Of a stretch of 64,000 bases of DNA, positions 27,991 to 45,966 are shown one piece after another; the stretch's first letter is position 1; every line of letters starts with the position of its first letter. Made by a program: the position numbers and the translations under genes. This stretch comes from the human T2T-CHM13v2.0 reference genome, Homo sapiens. The notes under the pieces were generated by a model. That model did no database searches. It saw nothing but the letters and a program-made list of their open reading frames with translations, and had not been told where the DNA came from. Where the stretch lies: assembly GCF_009914755.1 (NCBI RefSeq), contig NC_060925.1; one strand, written 5' to 3'.

Positions 27991-29844
27991 CTAAGATTTC
28001 TGAAAACACTCAGACTATGGGGACCCCTGCTGAAGGAGAAGCCCCCAACTGTGGCTTCAGGGGAATGCACCAAGGCTCTCACTGAGGCCGCCTTCTCCAA
28101 CAAGCTCCCCTCCTGCTTCCCCATGGCTGGCATGGCTGAGGAAAAAGGACACTGAGCACAGCCTGTGCATGAGCGGCTTGCCATGCCGCAGGATAAAACC
28201 CATAATGCCACTCAGCGTGCCTTGGTTGTAAATCTAGTTTGATTACAACACTAATCTCTGGCCATTTGTTCTGTTTCTGATTTGTGAACCAACCGAAGAC
28301 ATGAGCAGGGCCTCAGCTAACCCACAAATAGCACATGTGTGCAAACTGGAAAAATGAACCCTTCTTCTGGGAGGACGCCAGCCCAGGCCAGGTCACCCGG
28401 CTTGGCCAGCAGAACACAGAGTGGATTTTGGTCCCGTTTGTTCCCCAGTGGGGTATCTATCCTTGTGCAGGGCACAAGCTTACATGGTGGCTCTGGTCAT
28501 TTCATTAGAAAATAGACAGAAATGGGCTGCACACCAGAATGAATGATTTGGAAGGGAGGGGTGATGGTATAAAAGAATAGGCCAATTCATTCAAAATGGT
28601 AGAAGCAGAATGCCAAATTCCATCCACTCTTACCAATGCCCTGAGCTGGGAAGCACAGGAAGCTGCTGCTTTTCCTCTCCCCTTTTTCCCCACTCCGTGT
28701 TGGCTGCACCAGCAGAGGCTTCTGTATTTGCCCTGGGTGAGAGTTGGGTGTGAAGGTCTGGGCCAGAAGGTTCTGAGTTGCTGCGCTGCTGGGTGGCAGC
28801 TGGAAGGCCAGGCTGGCTGAAGCCCTGGCGAGGTGACACTGGGTCTGAGGCAGGTGCAGTGGCAGCAGCCAGACCTCTGAGGACACAAATGGGCTAGAGA
28901 GTGGGAAGAATGGAGTGGGGGAAAGGGGGGACAGCCTATGAGAGGAGGCTGCGGGATGAAGTGGGAAGCCACAAAAAATGGAAAAGGAAGTGAAACCAAG
29001 GGAGAAATAAGAGTGCCACCCCCGAGGCCGTCCTGGCCTTTCTTCCTTTCTGAGGCATCAGCGCAGATTCTAAGGTTACCTGAACTGACTGAGAGCTCTA
29101 TTGTTTTCTGAGCAACACGACAGTGGTATAGAGAATTCCTGGAACACACTGGGAAGACACACGCTCTAGAAGGTGACAATTCTGGGGAAATCTGAAGGGC
29201 TGGAATAATAAAAAGTCAAACATTTGGCATCCCATCAGCTGCTGAAACAACCCTCTCACGTACTTTAAAATACCCAAGACACACACTCTGCATATTACTC
29301 ACGAAACAGCTACGAATGCACAGTCTGTGCATTACCAGTTCATGTCACACTGTGCCTCAGGAAGCCGCTGAGTGGCCTGGTCATGCATCTTATCAATCTT
29401 CTGGGAGAGGTTCTGCCTGACTGAATTGGCTTCCATAGTATTTGCACTTCACAGCTGAAATCCTTAAGAAAGGAGGTCAGCTTCTGGCTCCGTAACAAGT
29501 TGTTCTTGGCCACCCAACGGTTGCCCTTCCTAACTGGAGCCATGGTGCTTGGGTGGAGACAACAGGTGTAAAATGGGTCAAGTGAAACTGTGCTTGCTGC
29601 TCCGGCTGACAGCGAGCAGCTCTATGGCTACCCTAACATGCGACGGCCACCACCAAATTCAAACTCAGCTGCCACAGGCTGCCAAATGAGAAGTCGCCAT
29701 CTTAGTCCCTCAGTGTCCAATACAAGGACGCTCCACAGTCAGGCAGCCAGTCCACAGGTAGGACTACAGTGCCCAGAAGTCATGGCGATTTTGTTTTCAG
29801 ATTGACAGATAACACTATGTTTTCATCGTGCACGTTTTGAAGTA

Positions 29845-30065
29845 TACAGAAGTGCCCCCTGCCCCACCGCCTTTTTGCAGGGATACATTCCAAGACCCAC
29901 AGTGGATGCTTGAAACCACAGATTGTACTGACTAGATAAACTGTTTCTTCCCTTATATACATAGGAACTCCCTTGCTGAAATCTTTGTATAGGCACAGTG
30001 CTTTCCAGTGCAACCCATTTCTGAAACCTCAGAAAGTGAAACCGCAGATAAGGTGGGACTCCTGT
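29845..30065. mobile_element. Tigger/MER44-type DNA transposon fragment
   Basis: gggatacattccaagacccacagtggatgcttgaaacc ... aaagtgaaaccgcagataaggtgggactcctg. Confidence 0.5.
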
Positions 30066-31315
30066 GCAAGTGGGTGACATGACAGTGGACGAAGAAAATA
30101 AACATAAAAGTTGTCCTTTATCTAAGAAGGGAACGCAGTTCAGACAAGGAAGAGGAAGAGCAAAAGGTCAAGACACAATAACAGTTACCCAAGCTGTAGG
30201 GCAACAAGGGTTATCTACGGTGAAACCAACTGCAAGCCTGACACTCAAGTTTGACACGAGGATCTTCAAGACCCCCTTGGCCTGTGCACTCCAGCAGCCA
30301 GGGAGCAGATTTATGGTGTTAGTGAAGGACAGCCCTCTCTGACAGCAAAAAGATCTTCCTCACTTCCAGTGGGTGGTGGAACGAGCATACTACCAAGGGC
30401 CAGTGATTTGTGGAGGATTGATTTTGCACAACTGCATCTAGAGGCCTTGGGAAACCTCCAGCCCTCTAGCCATCTTGCCCAAAATCTGCGGACCCACAAA
30501 CGAGAAGCAGCCAGACTTTTCTGATGGGCCTCCAATGGGCACTTCTGGGGTCCTGAAAAGACTTCTTCCCATCAGGTGTATTGTTTCTTTGATGTGAAGT
30601 TCCAGAGCAGGGAGTAGTGTTCCTCTGGGGAATTTGGAAAAAGGGAGACACACTGTTCTCACATCAGTTTTAAAGCTTTGCTGTTCACGCCTCATAACCG
30701 AGGTGACCCCAGAAATTGCTTGCTGAGTCCATGCAATGGAAACTTCTCATCATTTTCCCAGCTGTATTCTCCTCCCTGCTCTTTGACCGACTGCTCTCTG
30801 CCTCCAGTAACTCAGCATCCTCTTTGGCCTGCCCCACCTACAACTGTTGTGGCATGGAAGGACCCCAGGTTCTCAGAAAAACTGCCACCTCACCCTCCTC
30901 AGAGAACCCTTAGGATCTGGCATTTCCACTCTGTGTACGCTGGAGGCCGGGAGGCTCAGGCTCAGAAAGGTGAGAGCTCTGGGCCATGAGAGTGCACATC
31001 TAGGAAGCGGGGGTAACTGTACGAATTAAGGCCGGATGGCAGAGCAGGACAGGTCACAGGGGTGCCCACAGCAGCAGAACAGGCCATCTCACCACCCACA
31101 CCCATCCCCCTCCTTCGGTGGGGGTTACTAAATGGGGCTTTGGGATCTCTCACCTTCTTTGCACACTAGTTCTTTTGAAGCTGGCCTGTGGAATGGTGTT
31201 TTATGTTTATCCTTGTTTACTGTAGACCAAAAATTGGTTTGGAGGCAGCTTCCAAGTCTTGTCCCTCTCTCTCACTGGTTAGTGGGAATTTGGATAAGGG
31301 AACTGTAGGGCTTAG

Positions 31316-31621
<306 letters not shown>

Positions 31622-31969
31622 CAGTCTAGGGTCTTATGTGACCAGCTGCAGAGTAAGTACCTCTAAGCTATCCATGGTCCCTGCCAGGTCTATAGACTCT
31701 ACAGAGAGCACCGCTCTCATGGGTTCATGTGTACCTGTCTGGTGGCCTTGTTCCGTGTGTTTAGCCTCTGCCCAAGGCATGGATGAGTTACATGCAGTTA
31801 GTGGTGAGATCCTCATGCTGAAGCCAGCCTCTGTGCCCCAAGAAGTCATGGGCTATGATCCAAGAATCTGGGAAGTAGAGGTCTTACCCTCAGGCTTGGG
31901 TGGCTCTTTGTTGCATTTTGTGTTATTCTGCTATATGATCATTCTAGTAATTCAGTCCTTTTCAAGTTG

Positions 31970-34900
31970 AATTCTTTTCAGGTTGTTTTATTTTCCTTTT
32001 CCGGAGACTTTTGTACATACTGTTGTCCTGAGTAACAGTATCTCTAAGCTGAGTTACTCTGATCGGAGCTACTGAAAGGTACCTGCTTTCAGCAAATTCT
32101 GGTTTGGTTTTATTTTTTAATCAAAAAAAAAAAAAGGAGAGAAAGAAAAGAAAGACCACCCCCTATTAGAAGCAAAGGCCCTGGGAGGAGTAAGGCCTGT
32201 CACTGGGGCAGGGGCACTGTCCTCAGGGGCGGACTTTGCTCAGGGATGGCGCACAGTGACTGCGGGGGCTTAAGTCCGGTAACCCTTTGGTTTTATTTCT
32301 TTTTATTCTTGATGGGCAAAAAGCCTCCTTTAAAAAACATTATTCTTAAGAAACCTGGGAGAGAAAAAAATGCCAGTGAGAGGAAGACAAAGAAAAATTA
32401 GAGGCAGTACATTCCATATTTCAGAACTTTAGCTTTCCAGACAGTCCAATTTTGTTTTGTTTACAAATTCATCTTGCAGTACAAGGTGAAGCCAAATGGT
32501 ACAAAGTCCACAGAATTGAAAAGCCATTCATATTTATCATTCAATTTTTTGATCTTCAAATGTTATGAATTCTCCAAAAAGGTAACAGGGAACAGATATC
32601 CCTTTGGTCTCACTTTATAGACAGGGAAATTACCAAAAGAAAAATCTTGGCTCTACCATCTCTACTTACAGAAGGTAAAACACTTAACAGAGACAGATTT
32701 CTGTTGGAGTTAGACTAGATTTCTTTTCACAGCCCTTAATCTCACGAGGTGAGAAGGAGTGGAAGTTGCCAAGTTGTTGGCTACCAGACCCATCAGTCTG
32801 TTTAACTCTGGCTAAAAGCAGAGAATAATGGGCAAGTTACCAAGTTTCCCCCTTCAGCTCTGGCGTGCATTCTGAAATTGTGGAAGATCCTCATGTAACA
32901 CACACGCTGCAACCTGCATTTGCCACACAGTCCAGGGCATATAGAGCATTGTGATTCTTCACAGTCCGCAGAGACAAGACCAAAAATGAGGACTAAAAAC
33001 TAAAGGTAGCTGAGTTTTTCAGATGGATTTTCACTCTGGCAAACTCAGTAGTTCACTCCCTCCCACCCCTCAAATCATTTAAGTAAAATGTTCTTCCAAT
33101 AAACATAAATTGAGCTCTTCCTCTGTTATCCATCACATTCTGCCAGTTCTTTAAAACTGGAATATGGTACTAGGTACAGAAGGCTAAAGGGGTAGGAAAG
33201 CCCCAAATACTATAAAGATGCACTTATAAGCAGTGTGGGGTTATCACCACTGTCTACTTACTCTCCCATTCTAGGACACAGGGTGAAGAGACCACCTGGG
33301 TTCCCTCTAAAGCCCTGAACATTAGGACCACTGAGGAGGAAATATTTGTCCTTAAAAATAAATGTAGGTTCCCTGGATTGTTCTCTTTGGCTGCCACATT
33401 TGGAGCCTGAGTGGAGGCCCTTCAAATTAACACTGGTTCTGTAGGGACTGCCCAGTCAGGGTGCAATGGGATCAGACACAGGATCAAATCAGCCAGGGGC
33501 AGAAGGGCATGGTGGCCCTACGGGTAGAATGCACTGTATTGTTAGTTAACTTTCTAAATTGTTCTCTATTTAGCTTCAGCCTGAGTCAGGTCTACAATGG
33601 CCACTATTTAGAAAATAATTTAAATCAGTGAGGTAAGCATGCCGATTTGAAATATATCCAAACATCATTAAGCCTCTGGGTCATAAAACTTGGTCCCTGA
33701 ACTAACAGGAGTATCTTACTCATTAATGACTAGGTTTGTTCCAAACGGCCCCTGCTGACACACATGATCCTTTTGTGTGGCACAATAAATCTGGTAATAG
33801 CAGAACAATAGCATGGCTTTTAAATAGGGTAATTTTATAATTCCTTAAGATGCTGGTTTGCTTCTTATAATGTGTTGTGTGGATTACAGTACTTAGACAA
33901 GGTTCACATTTACTTTAAAAGACTTCTATATTTTAATGCAAATCTAAGGATCATCCCCTTTCTTAGTTTATAGAAGATTCAAACTTTGTAAAACATAAAT
34001 AACCTAGTACTCTAAACATCTGAAGCCCTTTGTAATACTCACTGTTTTTTCCTAATTTGAAAATAACTTATTTATATATCAAACATTAGAGCGGAGTGTA
34101 AACATGGATGTCAATCACCCTTTTAGTTTCATAAATTTGCTTTTAGCTTTCATCAACAGGCATATTTTCTTAACCTACCATGATCTCAAATGAGATAAAA
34201 TATCCTTCTTCAAAAATTGTTAAGAATATTTATTAAAAAGTGCAATTCAAAAGTTAGCTGGGCAAGCACATCATTGCAAATCACAAAAAAGGGTGAAAAA
34301 ACCAAAACCCCCAAATAAAACCACATGAAATACAAACAAAACAAAACAAAAAGGTTTAAAAAAAAAGTGTGCTGAGGAATGCACCCAAAAAGACAAGGAA
34401 ATGAGAAGTCAAAGCTAGAACTCTATCCAGATGTTGCTGTTCTTTCCAAGTGCAAAAGAAGGTGGTGAGGAGAGACCAGCAGCCTCCACCACCGAGTTCT
34501 GGCTCTGGGTCCAAATACTACTTTAATATCAGATTATTCATCAGGGAAGTTATAAAAATATCCTATATACATGTGCACATTTGAGGCATTTTAAAAAGTC
34601 ATCAGAAGGTTAAAGTTTAGTGTCTCAGCAGTTTCAGCTACTTAAAAACTCAATTAAAGCATCTATCATTTAAATTTGGATTGGCTCAGTTATTTGACTG
34701 CAGATGATAAAATCAAGCTGTCATCTTAGGGAAAAAAAAGAACCAAGTTTACCTACACATCCTTGCCATTACCCACAGAGTAAGAGAAGTCTGGCCCAGA
34801 GCTAACCTTTTATGTCATTACGTTTCTTAATAAATGTAATAAATGTACTAACCACTCCCAACCCCAACCCCCAGTGTAGAGTGCCCTAAGAGTAAAAGAA

Positions 34901-35818
34901 CTGTAATGAGGACAATCTGGTATCCAAATTCATTCAAGTGTGTTACTGAGCTGTTTAGCAACAACATATGTAGCAATCACCCTCAAAACGCAAGCTGCAC
35001 CTCTGGGGAGGAAGCCCTGGTACAGCAACATCAAGTCGGCAAGGATCAGGAGCTGACCTGTGGCGACATCATTAACCCTTCCCTAAGCTATGCCAATGCA
35101 GAACCCTCTTGCTCTTTTTAATTGCTCCTGTCAGTTAAAGCCACAAGTTGTTAGCACCCCCAAACCCCAGGGTGTTTCATTATTTTCCATTAGTTATTCT
35201 TACCACAAAAAAAAATGACCTGGAAAAGCAATTTTATCTTAGCATTTATCCCTGAAAAATGAAACACTGCATTTTCTGTCACAAACTGTTTCTGAGCCTT
35301 CTGTCCTCAATAATCATCAGCTCTCAGGGGATAAGAAATGCTACAGCAATGGGAAACGAAACATACCCAGAAGCTCGTATTCCTGACAGGTTTCTTTAGA
35401 TGGGACAGCGGTGCACTGTCTGAGCACGGGGAAGGGTCTGAGCAGAAGAAAAGAGCTGCCAAAGATGCATGGAATGAGCAACAGCAAAACACCAGTGGAG
35501 TCTGTAAGTCCCTCCTCAGCAAACGAGGTCCCGGAAGGCAAGGCAGCAGCTAGTTCTCCTCCGAACTGGACAGGCGGCATGGGGCTTCTGTTGTCCAGCT
35601 GCAGCCAGGAGTGCAGACATCTATTTCCTCTTCCCACTGGCCCTTCCAGCGCTGGGATGGAGGAGCCATGTCAATTGTGGGGTCACACGGAGAAAAGTCA
35701 GTGCAGCAGTATGTTTCCAGGATAGGAATGTGAGTAGACGGCAATGTCACACGTGCTCAGCTTCTCCTCCTCCCCTCGGTTCATATGCAGGAGGAACTCG
35801 CACCCAGAGGCCCCGCCG
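31970..35818 (-). other. STX6: STX6 long 3'UTR
   Basis: Follows the STX6 stop; no obvious interspersed repeats; minus-strand AATAAA at 34229-34234, 32302-32307, 32292-32297, 32109-32114 and 31987-31992. Distal end is an estimate. Confidence 0.7.
31987..31992 (-). terminator. STX6: Distal polyadenylation signal (AATAAA) of STX6
   Basis: tttatt on plus strand; minus-strand TGTA element ~25 nt upstream. Confidence 0.6.
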
Positions 35819-35895
35819 TCACAGCACTAAGAAGAGGATGAGCACAACCAACAGGACTGCAAAGAGGATGGCTATGGCACACCATTGGCGCCGAT
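35819..35895 (-). CDS. STX6: STX6 last coding exon (exon 8), transmembrane anchor DRRQWCAIAILFAVLLVVLILFLVL*
   Basis: Acceptor cctgccttccag|; 77 nt; TGA at 35819-35821; tail-anchor hydrophobic helix. Confidence 0.96.
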
Positions 35896-37399
35896 CTGGA
35901 AGGCAGGACATGGGGATTAGCTCTCACAGGGACTCCACATTCCCCAAGATACAGTTATATGGAATTTATGGCACCCTTTGAAGCAGAAAAGGGGCAGAAC
36001 GTGCAAATGACGGGGCCATGATCTTACACCTGCCTAGGTGCCTGATGCTCTAATGCTGCTCTGTTCTTGGCCTGCACTTCGCATGCAGTCACAACTTTGC
36101 CAGTCCCCTGAAAATGTCTCGTAATAATTACATGCTTTGTGTCTCAAGTCTTTAATTAAAATCTGCGGATCTTAGCTTTCTGCTGGTAGTTAGCATATCC
36201 TCAAAAAAGGTGTTGGCAATGGTGTTACAGATCAAAGCCTGCCTGCTTTAATCTCCCATAAAAGTCAAGTCATTTAATTAAACAATAATCACATTCTTTT
36301 CTCAATGAGCACAACGGGAGGAGGGAAAGGAGATGAAAGCTACTGCTGGTCACTTCAGGAAATATACAGCTGAAAAAGCAAGCTCCAGTGAGACAGCATG
36401 ATTAATTTCACACCACACCTAGTCAAGTAAGATTACTTAACTAGTAACTGTGTTAAAGTACCTTGTACAGCTCCTCTGTAAATGAAAGTGGAATGTTTTT
36501 TCTGAAACTTTCTGCCCTACCAACAATTTGGAACAGCAGGCACAGGAAACAACTTGACTAGAGTCCATCCAAATGGCTGAGAGCAGGGAGGCCCTGTGAG
36601 ACAGAAGGGCCCAGACAGGCCCTGGGGGAGCCCTGCTGCAGCTCACAATCCTGTGGTCCCAACTCTACAACAGCTGCCCCGCAGGGCTGTTGTGAGAATT
36701 AAACAACACAACCCTGTCATACACACACTGTGCAATACCCAAACCTAGGGCACAGAGGATGCTGTCAACATCAGGATGCTTCCTTAATTTGGAGACATGT
36801 AGAAAAAATGAGCAGTCCTTCCACTGATGAGTTTTGGCATCTTCCACAAAGGGCCCGACTGATAACAGAATTCACTAGCGTATGAAAATGCAGTACAACC
36901 ACTAGGAATAAGAGTTCCATTTAAATAGAAATATAAAGACATATTGATTCACTAAAGTTTCTTTGAAAGCCCACTGATTTTAGCACACTATAGTTATTGA
37001 GAATCACGTTGCAAAAAGATCTCAATCTATGAAAATAAACTGCTAAACTCTCCACAAGGCAAAACATGTACTTAAAATTATTTTAAATATTATGGATATC
37101 AAAGTCTTAGAACTGGACAAGAGAACTGCCACCAAATTATAAGTAAAGCAAGTACCTTCTAAGTGGTGATCACCTTGGTCTACCTCAGACATACTAGAAA
37201 CTCATTTAGTTAACTCTGAGCAGGACAAAGACCCCAGGTCCATCACTCGTTGTTCTCAGGTAGGACTGTTCCAAAGGTCTAGGGAAGGCAGAGATGGCCT
37301 ACTGCAGGTCACACTTTGACCTGTTTAACTATTACTTCAATGGTCAAGAAAACTTTTATAACTGGCATTCTCTCATCTGATTAAAAATGTTAAATTTTT

Positions 37400-40625
<3,226 letters not shown>

Positions 40626-43035
40626 GCTTACAATAATTTAAAACCACTTTGCTAAAATGATTAGTTGCGATTCTTTCAGGACAAAAACGGAGAAAGTATT
40701 CCTTCTCCAACCCCGCCCTCAACCTCACACACTCCTATGTTTACCCCCTTCCCTCAGGCATCTCGCTATTCTCAGCACCAGATTTCCAACACTGAACCAG
40801 ATTTCCATTTTTTGGCTTTCCATCAGCCTCTACTCATGCCTCCTACCACCCTCCAATCACCTTCTCTTCCACAACTGTATTAAGTAGGAATTTTCACCAA
40901 GGAGAAGCATATACCACACAAGCCAGCACAACCCGAGGATGTTCTTTTAAAGCCGTTTTCCTCTGAAGTGGCTAAGCTGCCTCTATGAAGCATGAACTAG
41001 GTAACCCCAGGGAGCTGTTACCCCAGCAGACTTCTCAGCACTTCCCGCAGAGGCTTCATGCATAGAAGGAACGGGTACTAACCACAGGGGCTCTTGTGAC
41101 CTCAAGTGGAAAGTTTTAAGCAGCATTGCAAGCTCAGGACCTGCCTCAAAAAGTCAGAGGGGAACAAAAGAACTCCAATGGTAGTTTTTTCTCTCTCTCA
41201 AAATATTTTTCTCCCCTAAAGAGAAAAGATTAATGGAATGTTGGAAAGTAAGAGGGAAAAAAATCTCAGTATCTACTTAAAATAAAATACTTCTGTGGGT
41301 AGGAGAATACAATTAGTGTCTCTCTTGGGTCATTCAAAAAAGTAAATGTGGAGTCTTGGTTGGTTTCTCCCCATGAAGCAGACAGCCACGGGGAGCGGAG
41401 ATGGTCCGCCTGTGTGCCTGTAACTACTTAATCACACTTCGCTGTGCCTCCATAGGCTTCCTTTATGTACAGGTTTGATTACTAAAGCAGTGAACTTCTG
41501 CAAAAATTATGGAGGAGAGCAGAGACGAATACAAATTGCTTGTTTGTCAAATTGAAGCAGAAAGCACCAAGCAGGAAGAGGTCCTTAGGGAGTATTTCTT
41601 TGGGTAGCAAGCAAAGATTAAAATGAAAACACAAGCAACCTGTCAAAAGTGAAGCACCGTTCAGGATAAATGCTCTGTTTCCTGGCTCTTTTTCCTATAC
41701 AAATATAACCAAAGTTATTACATTGCTTCCCCAATTTTTCTTTTGGGAAAAAGTAGAATAAAGCATAAGCAAACTTCAGTGCTATTTATACACACTGGGT
41801 CGCTTCTCGCAATGCAAGTACTTTTCTAAATTATTCATACCCAGAATGCTGGGAAACAAAGACAGTGCATCTTTGTTCACTTGCTCTTCCCCAAACAGAA
41901 CTGGTGCTGAAGTAGCTACTTGACTTTGCAACTACTACATACATGAGTGAGAGGCCTGGAGTTTAAACTGGTTATACAATTCTTCATTAAAACACCTTTT
42001 TTTTGTTTATTGTTTTGTTTTTAAGTAGAGGGGAGAAGGCAGAAGAGAGAACAGAGGGAATCAGAAAAGACTTTGCAAACCTTTCTCTAAATGTGTGACA
42101 GATGAACTAAGCTGGTGCCTGCTTCCCATATATGCACAGTTTCAGGCAATGAAGAGCCCGCTAGAAACAAAGATACTTGTCCCTAAAGAGAAAGAAGAAA
42201 ATGACTCTAGATAGGAGCTTCTCTTTGTTTTGGATGTAATAGGTCCATTGCGCCTTGGGGCCATTACAATTTTTGTTGCCTTACAATTTCTTAAAAACAT
42301 TTACTAAGTACCAATAAATAAATGGTAAACGCAGTTAAGCACTTCTACTTTACTGGTATTTCATTTAATCCTCACAATTACCTGGAGAGGTAGGACTCAA
42401 CATATTTTTATGGATAAGAAACTGAGCCCCAGAGAACTGTTATGTAACCTATGAGTTAAACTTCTGAAAAGTAAACCTGCATATGTATTTAAATATTGCT
42501 TCAAAAAGCTAACCTATTAGACCTTATAACATGTACCTGACAGTAGGAAACCAACAGAAGAAAAGGTGTCAAGAAACAGGGCATGTTCTAACACAAGGGA
42601 GGTGCTCTACAGTCAGGGAACATTCAGATTACATCAAGGAGCATCTCAGTTTCTCCTTCCACCAAGCAACCCCCACCAGATAAAGAAGAGATACTGGATT
42701 TTTTAAAATTTAAAATATATTATTTCCCATGTAAAGAGTCACTGGAACATATCTTATACAGTAACTATTATGAAAATTGTTTATTCATCCTCATCCTGGT
42801 GCAAATTTGCTGAAATATTTCAGTATTGATTTAAACATAACAATTTAAAATAGATCCACACATGCCATCTTATTCTGAAGTAGTAGGTATTTTTCTATCA
42901 ATGAAAGAATGTTCAGGAGAAACAGTAACTGGCTTAACTGTTGTTTTACATAAGTTCCCTATTTTGGCAAGGAAATCTTAAAAAACCAGTAAAATAAAGA
43001 AGGATTTTGTAACTGCAAAGAAAGTTATTCTACTG

Positions 43036-43396
<361 letters not shown>

Positions 43397-43521
43397 TCAC
43401 AAAGCCTTAACTTTTCCCAAGTTAAAGCTACAAGGAGAAGATAAAGACTGCACATACAAGTCTTCCATTCTCTGATTCTAAGGCATCACAAAAAAAAAAA
43501 ATGTGCCATAAGAAAGGGATC

Positions 43522-43815
43522 AGCTAGGCACGGTGGCTCACGCCTATAATCTCAGCATTTTGGGAAGCTGACACGGGCGGATCACCTGAGGTCAGGAGTT
43601 CGAGACTAGCCTAGCCAACATGGTGAAACCATGTCTCTACTAAAAATACAAAAATTAGCTGGGTGTGGTGGCACGCACCTGTAATCCCAGCTACTCAGGA
43701 GGTCAAGGCATGAGAATCGCTTGAACCCAGGAGGCAGTGGAGGTTGCAGTTAGCTGAGATGGCACCACTGCACTCCAGCCTGGGTGAAAGAGTGAGACTC
43801 TGTCTCAAAAAAAAG
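43522..43815 (+). mobile_element. AluS element
   Basis: Full Alu; flanked by agaaagggatc. Confidence 0.92.
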
Positions 43816-43934
43816 AGAAAGGGATCTGTAAAAAATAAGAAAGGGATCTGGATGGGCATAACTATGAGACAACACCCCCAAGACAGAGTTCTAGAATTAA
43901 GTACAAATGCTTAAGCTTTAAACGCCATACATAC

Positions 43935-44029
43935 CACTGGTCATATGAGATACTTTTGCAAGTTTCTTCATCACGTTGTCCAGCCGGGACTGAGTGCTCT
44001 CCAATTCGTGAGAGAAATCTTCCAACATA
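43935..44029 (-). CDS. STX6: STX6 exon 7 ([31 protein letters not shown]; SNARE motif C-half)
   Basis: cttctctctag| acceptor, |gtatgt donor, 95 nt, phases match neighbours. Confidence 0.96.
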
Positions 44030-45768
44030 CTAGAGAGAAGCAGACACAGAAGGTCGCTGGTAAGCACAAAGCCTTGGCAGTGCACTTGCACTGGGTTAAA
44101 AGGACCAGGCCTCCATTTTAGCAAACAAAATAGGCAACACTGGGTTTCAGGACCTCACTCTGTTATCCAAAATCCTTGGGACAAGATAGGATTTTGATTT
44201 TGGAATTCTCGGGATTAAAAAAAGCCTAAATTACATATCCTTTGTATTAGTTGACACCACTAGGAGGACACCACCAGGAGGGTCTGGGGCAGTCCCCGTA
44301 ATCAGATACTTAATATTTCTGCAGAGAAAACTATGAGGAATCACAGTTGGAGTCAGTTCAGGTAAGGTTTTTCTGTAACATGAGCTTGCGGCAAATTTAA
44401 AGAAAAAAAAACAACGAGATTTCTTTAGAGCTTCCTAGATTTCAGAACTGCAAGACTATAGACCTGTCTATACAATAACACAAACTCAGTGGCAGTGCAA
44501 TGTGGTAGAAACAATGCTATCTGAGGCAGACAACCAGGCTTTGCCACTTGTTTACATTGCTACCTTCGACAACATACTCTATAACTCTTTGGGACTGTTT
44601 CCTCACCTGTAAAATAGGGCAATCCTATCAGCTCAACTTCCCTCACAGGGCTCTTGTGAGAACCAGGTAATAAACAAAAGCACTTTATGTCAATATGAGT
44701 TAAGGAATGTACTTTAATAAAATAACCTCCTATAAGGCACTACGTGCTTTATTATAAACCCAGAAGGCCTCAGGACTAACATCCCTGATGGGGTGTGTGA
44801 CAGTGTGTCTGTGCATGCACACGCGCATTTCCCCATCTGTCCTCACAGAGAAACCAGTATTTCCCACTAGGAAAACTGACTCCAGCAGGCTTACACTATT
44901 TGCTGTCCAATGTGCAGCTGGGAAAGAAAACCCCAAAATACTATTTCAGCAGTGCCTATTTCATAAGTCACTAAATATTCCAGACTTTTCAACTTTTGAT
45001 TAGTAAATGATTATTCTGAGGCTAGAATGTAATATGCCAATTAGTACTAACAGTCTTACTAAAAAGGCTGTATTAACTCTGACAGCATCAATGGCAGTTA
45101 GAAACTCCTGGTCTTGATCTGTGCCCACAATAGACACCTGACAGCCTTGCAGGATTCAGGGCAACCAACTCTTCATTAAATCAACTGTTACATATATGTT
45201 GACAACTAAAATAAGTCTTTGTCCCTTACCTAAATTTTCAAATTAAAAAATATTTAACTCATTTTAGATCCTGGCAGCATCTTGGCGCTGCAGCTGGCAG
45301 GCCTATCCAGGCAGGGCCAAACTCTAAAAAGCAAGAGCTACCTTTCTGCGCTAGGTATGACTTTTCATACTGAAGACAAAACAGGCACATCATCAGGCAC
45401 ATCATCCGACCTTCAGTCCATGGACACTCACCAACCAAGTTGCTAGCCCAAATCTATCTCAGTACCATCCAACAAAAATATGAGTCACATATGCCATTTT
45501 ACATTTTCTAGTAGCCATGTTTGTAAAAATTTCAAAAGAAACAGGTGAAATTAATTCTGTTGTATTTAGTTTAATATAGCCAATACTGTAATTTCAACAT
45601 GTAATATAAAAATTATTAATAAGCTATTTTATATTTTTCTATATGAAGTCTTCAAAATCCAGTAAGCATTTTACCTCTGGAGCACATCTCAATTCAGACT
45701 GGCCACATAACACTTACTCAACAGCCACATGTGGCTAGTAGCTATTATACTGGATGGCACAGGTCTAA

Positions 45769-45966
<198 letters not shown>

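Noticed and set aside
28505-29179. 224-aa minus-strand ORF between the MR1 pseudogene and STX6
   Set aside because: Non-ATG start, no domain similarity, composition typical of non-coding DNA
32409-32416. ACATTCCA (miR-1 8mer) within the STX6 3'UTR span
   Set aside because: It is on the plus strand, i.e. antisense to the STX6 mRNA
43510-43850. agaaagggatc present three times around an Alu
   Set aside because: Target-site duplication plus a small local duplication, not an array; no CRISPR-like structure anywhere in this eukaryotic window
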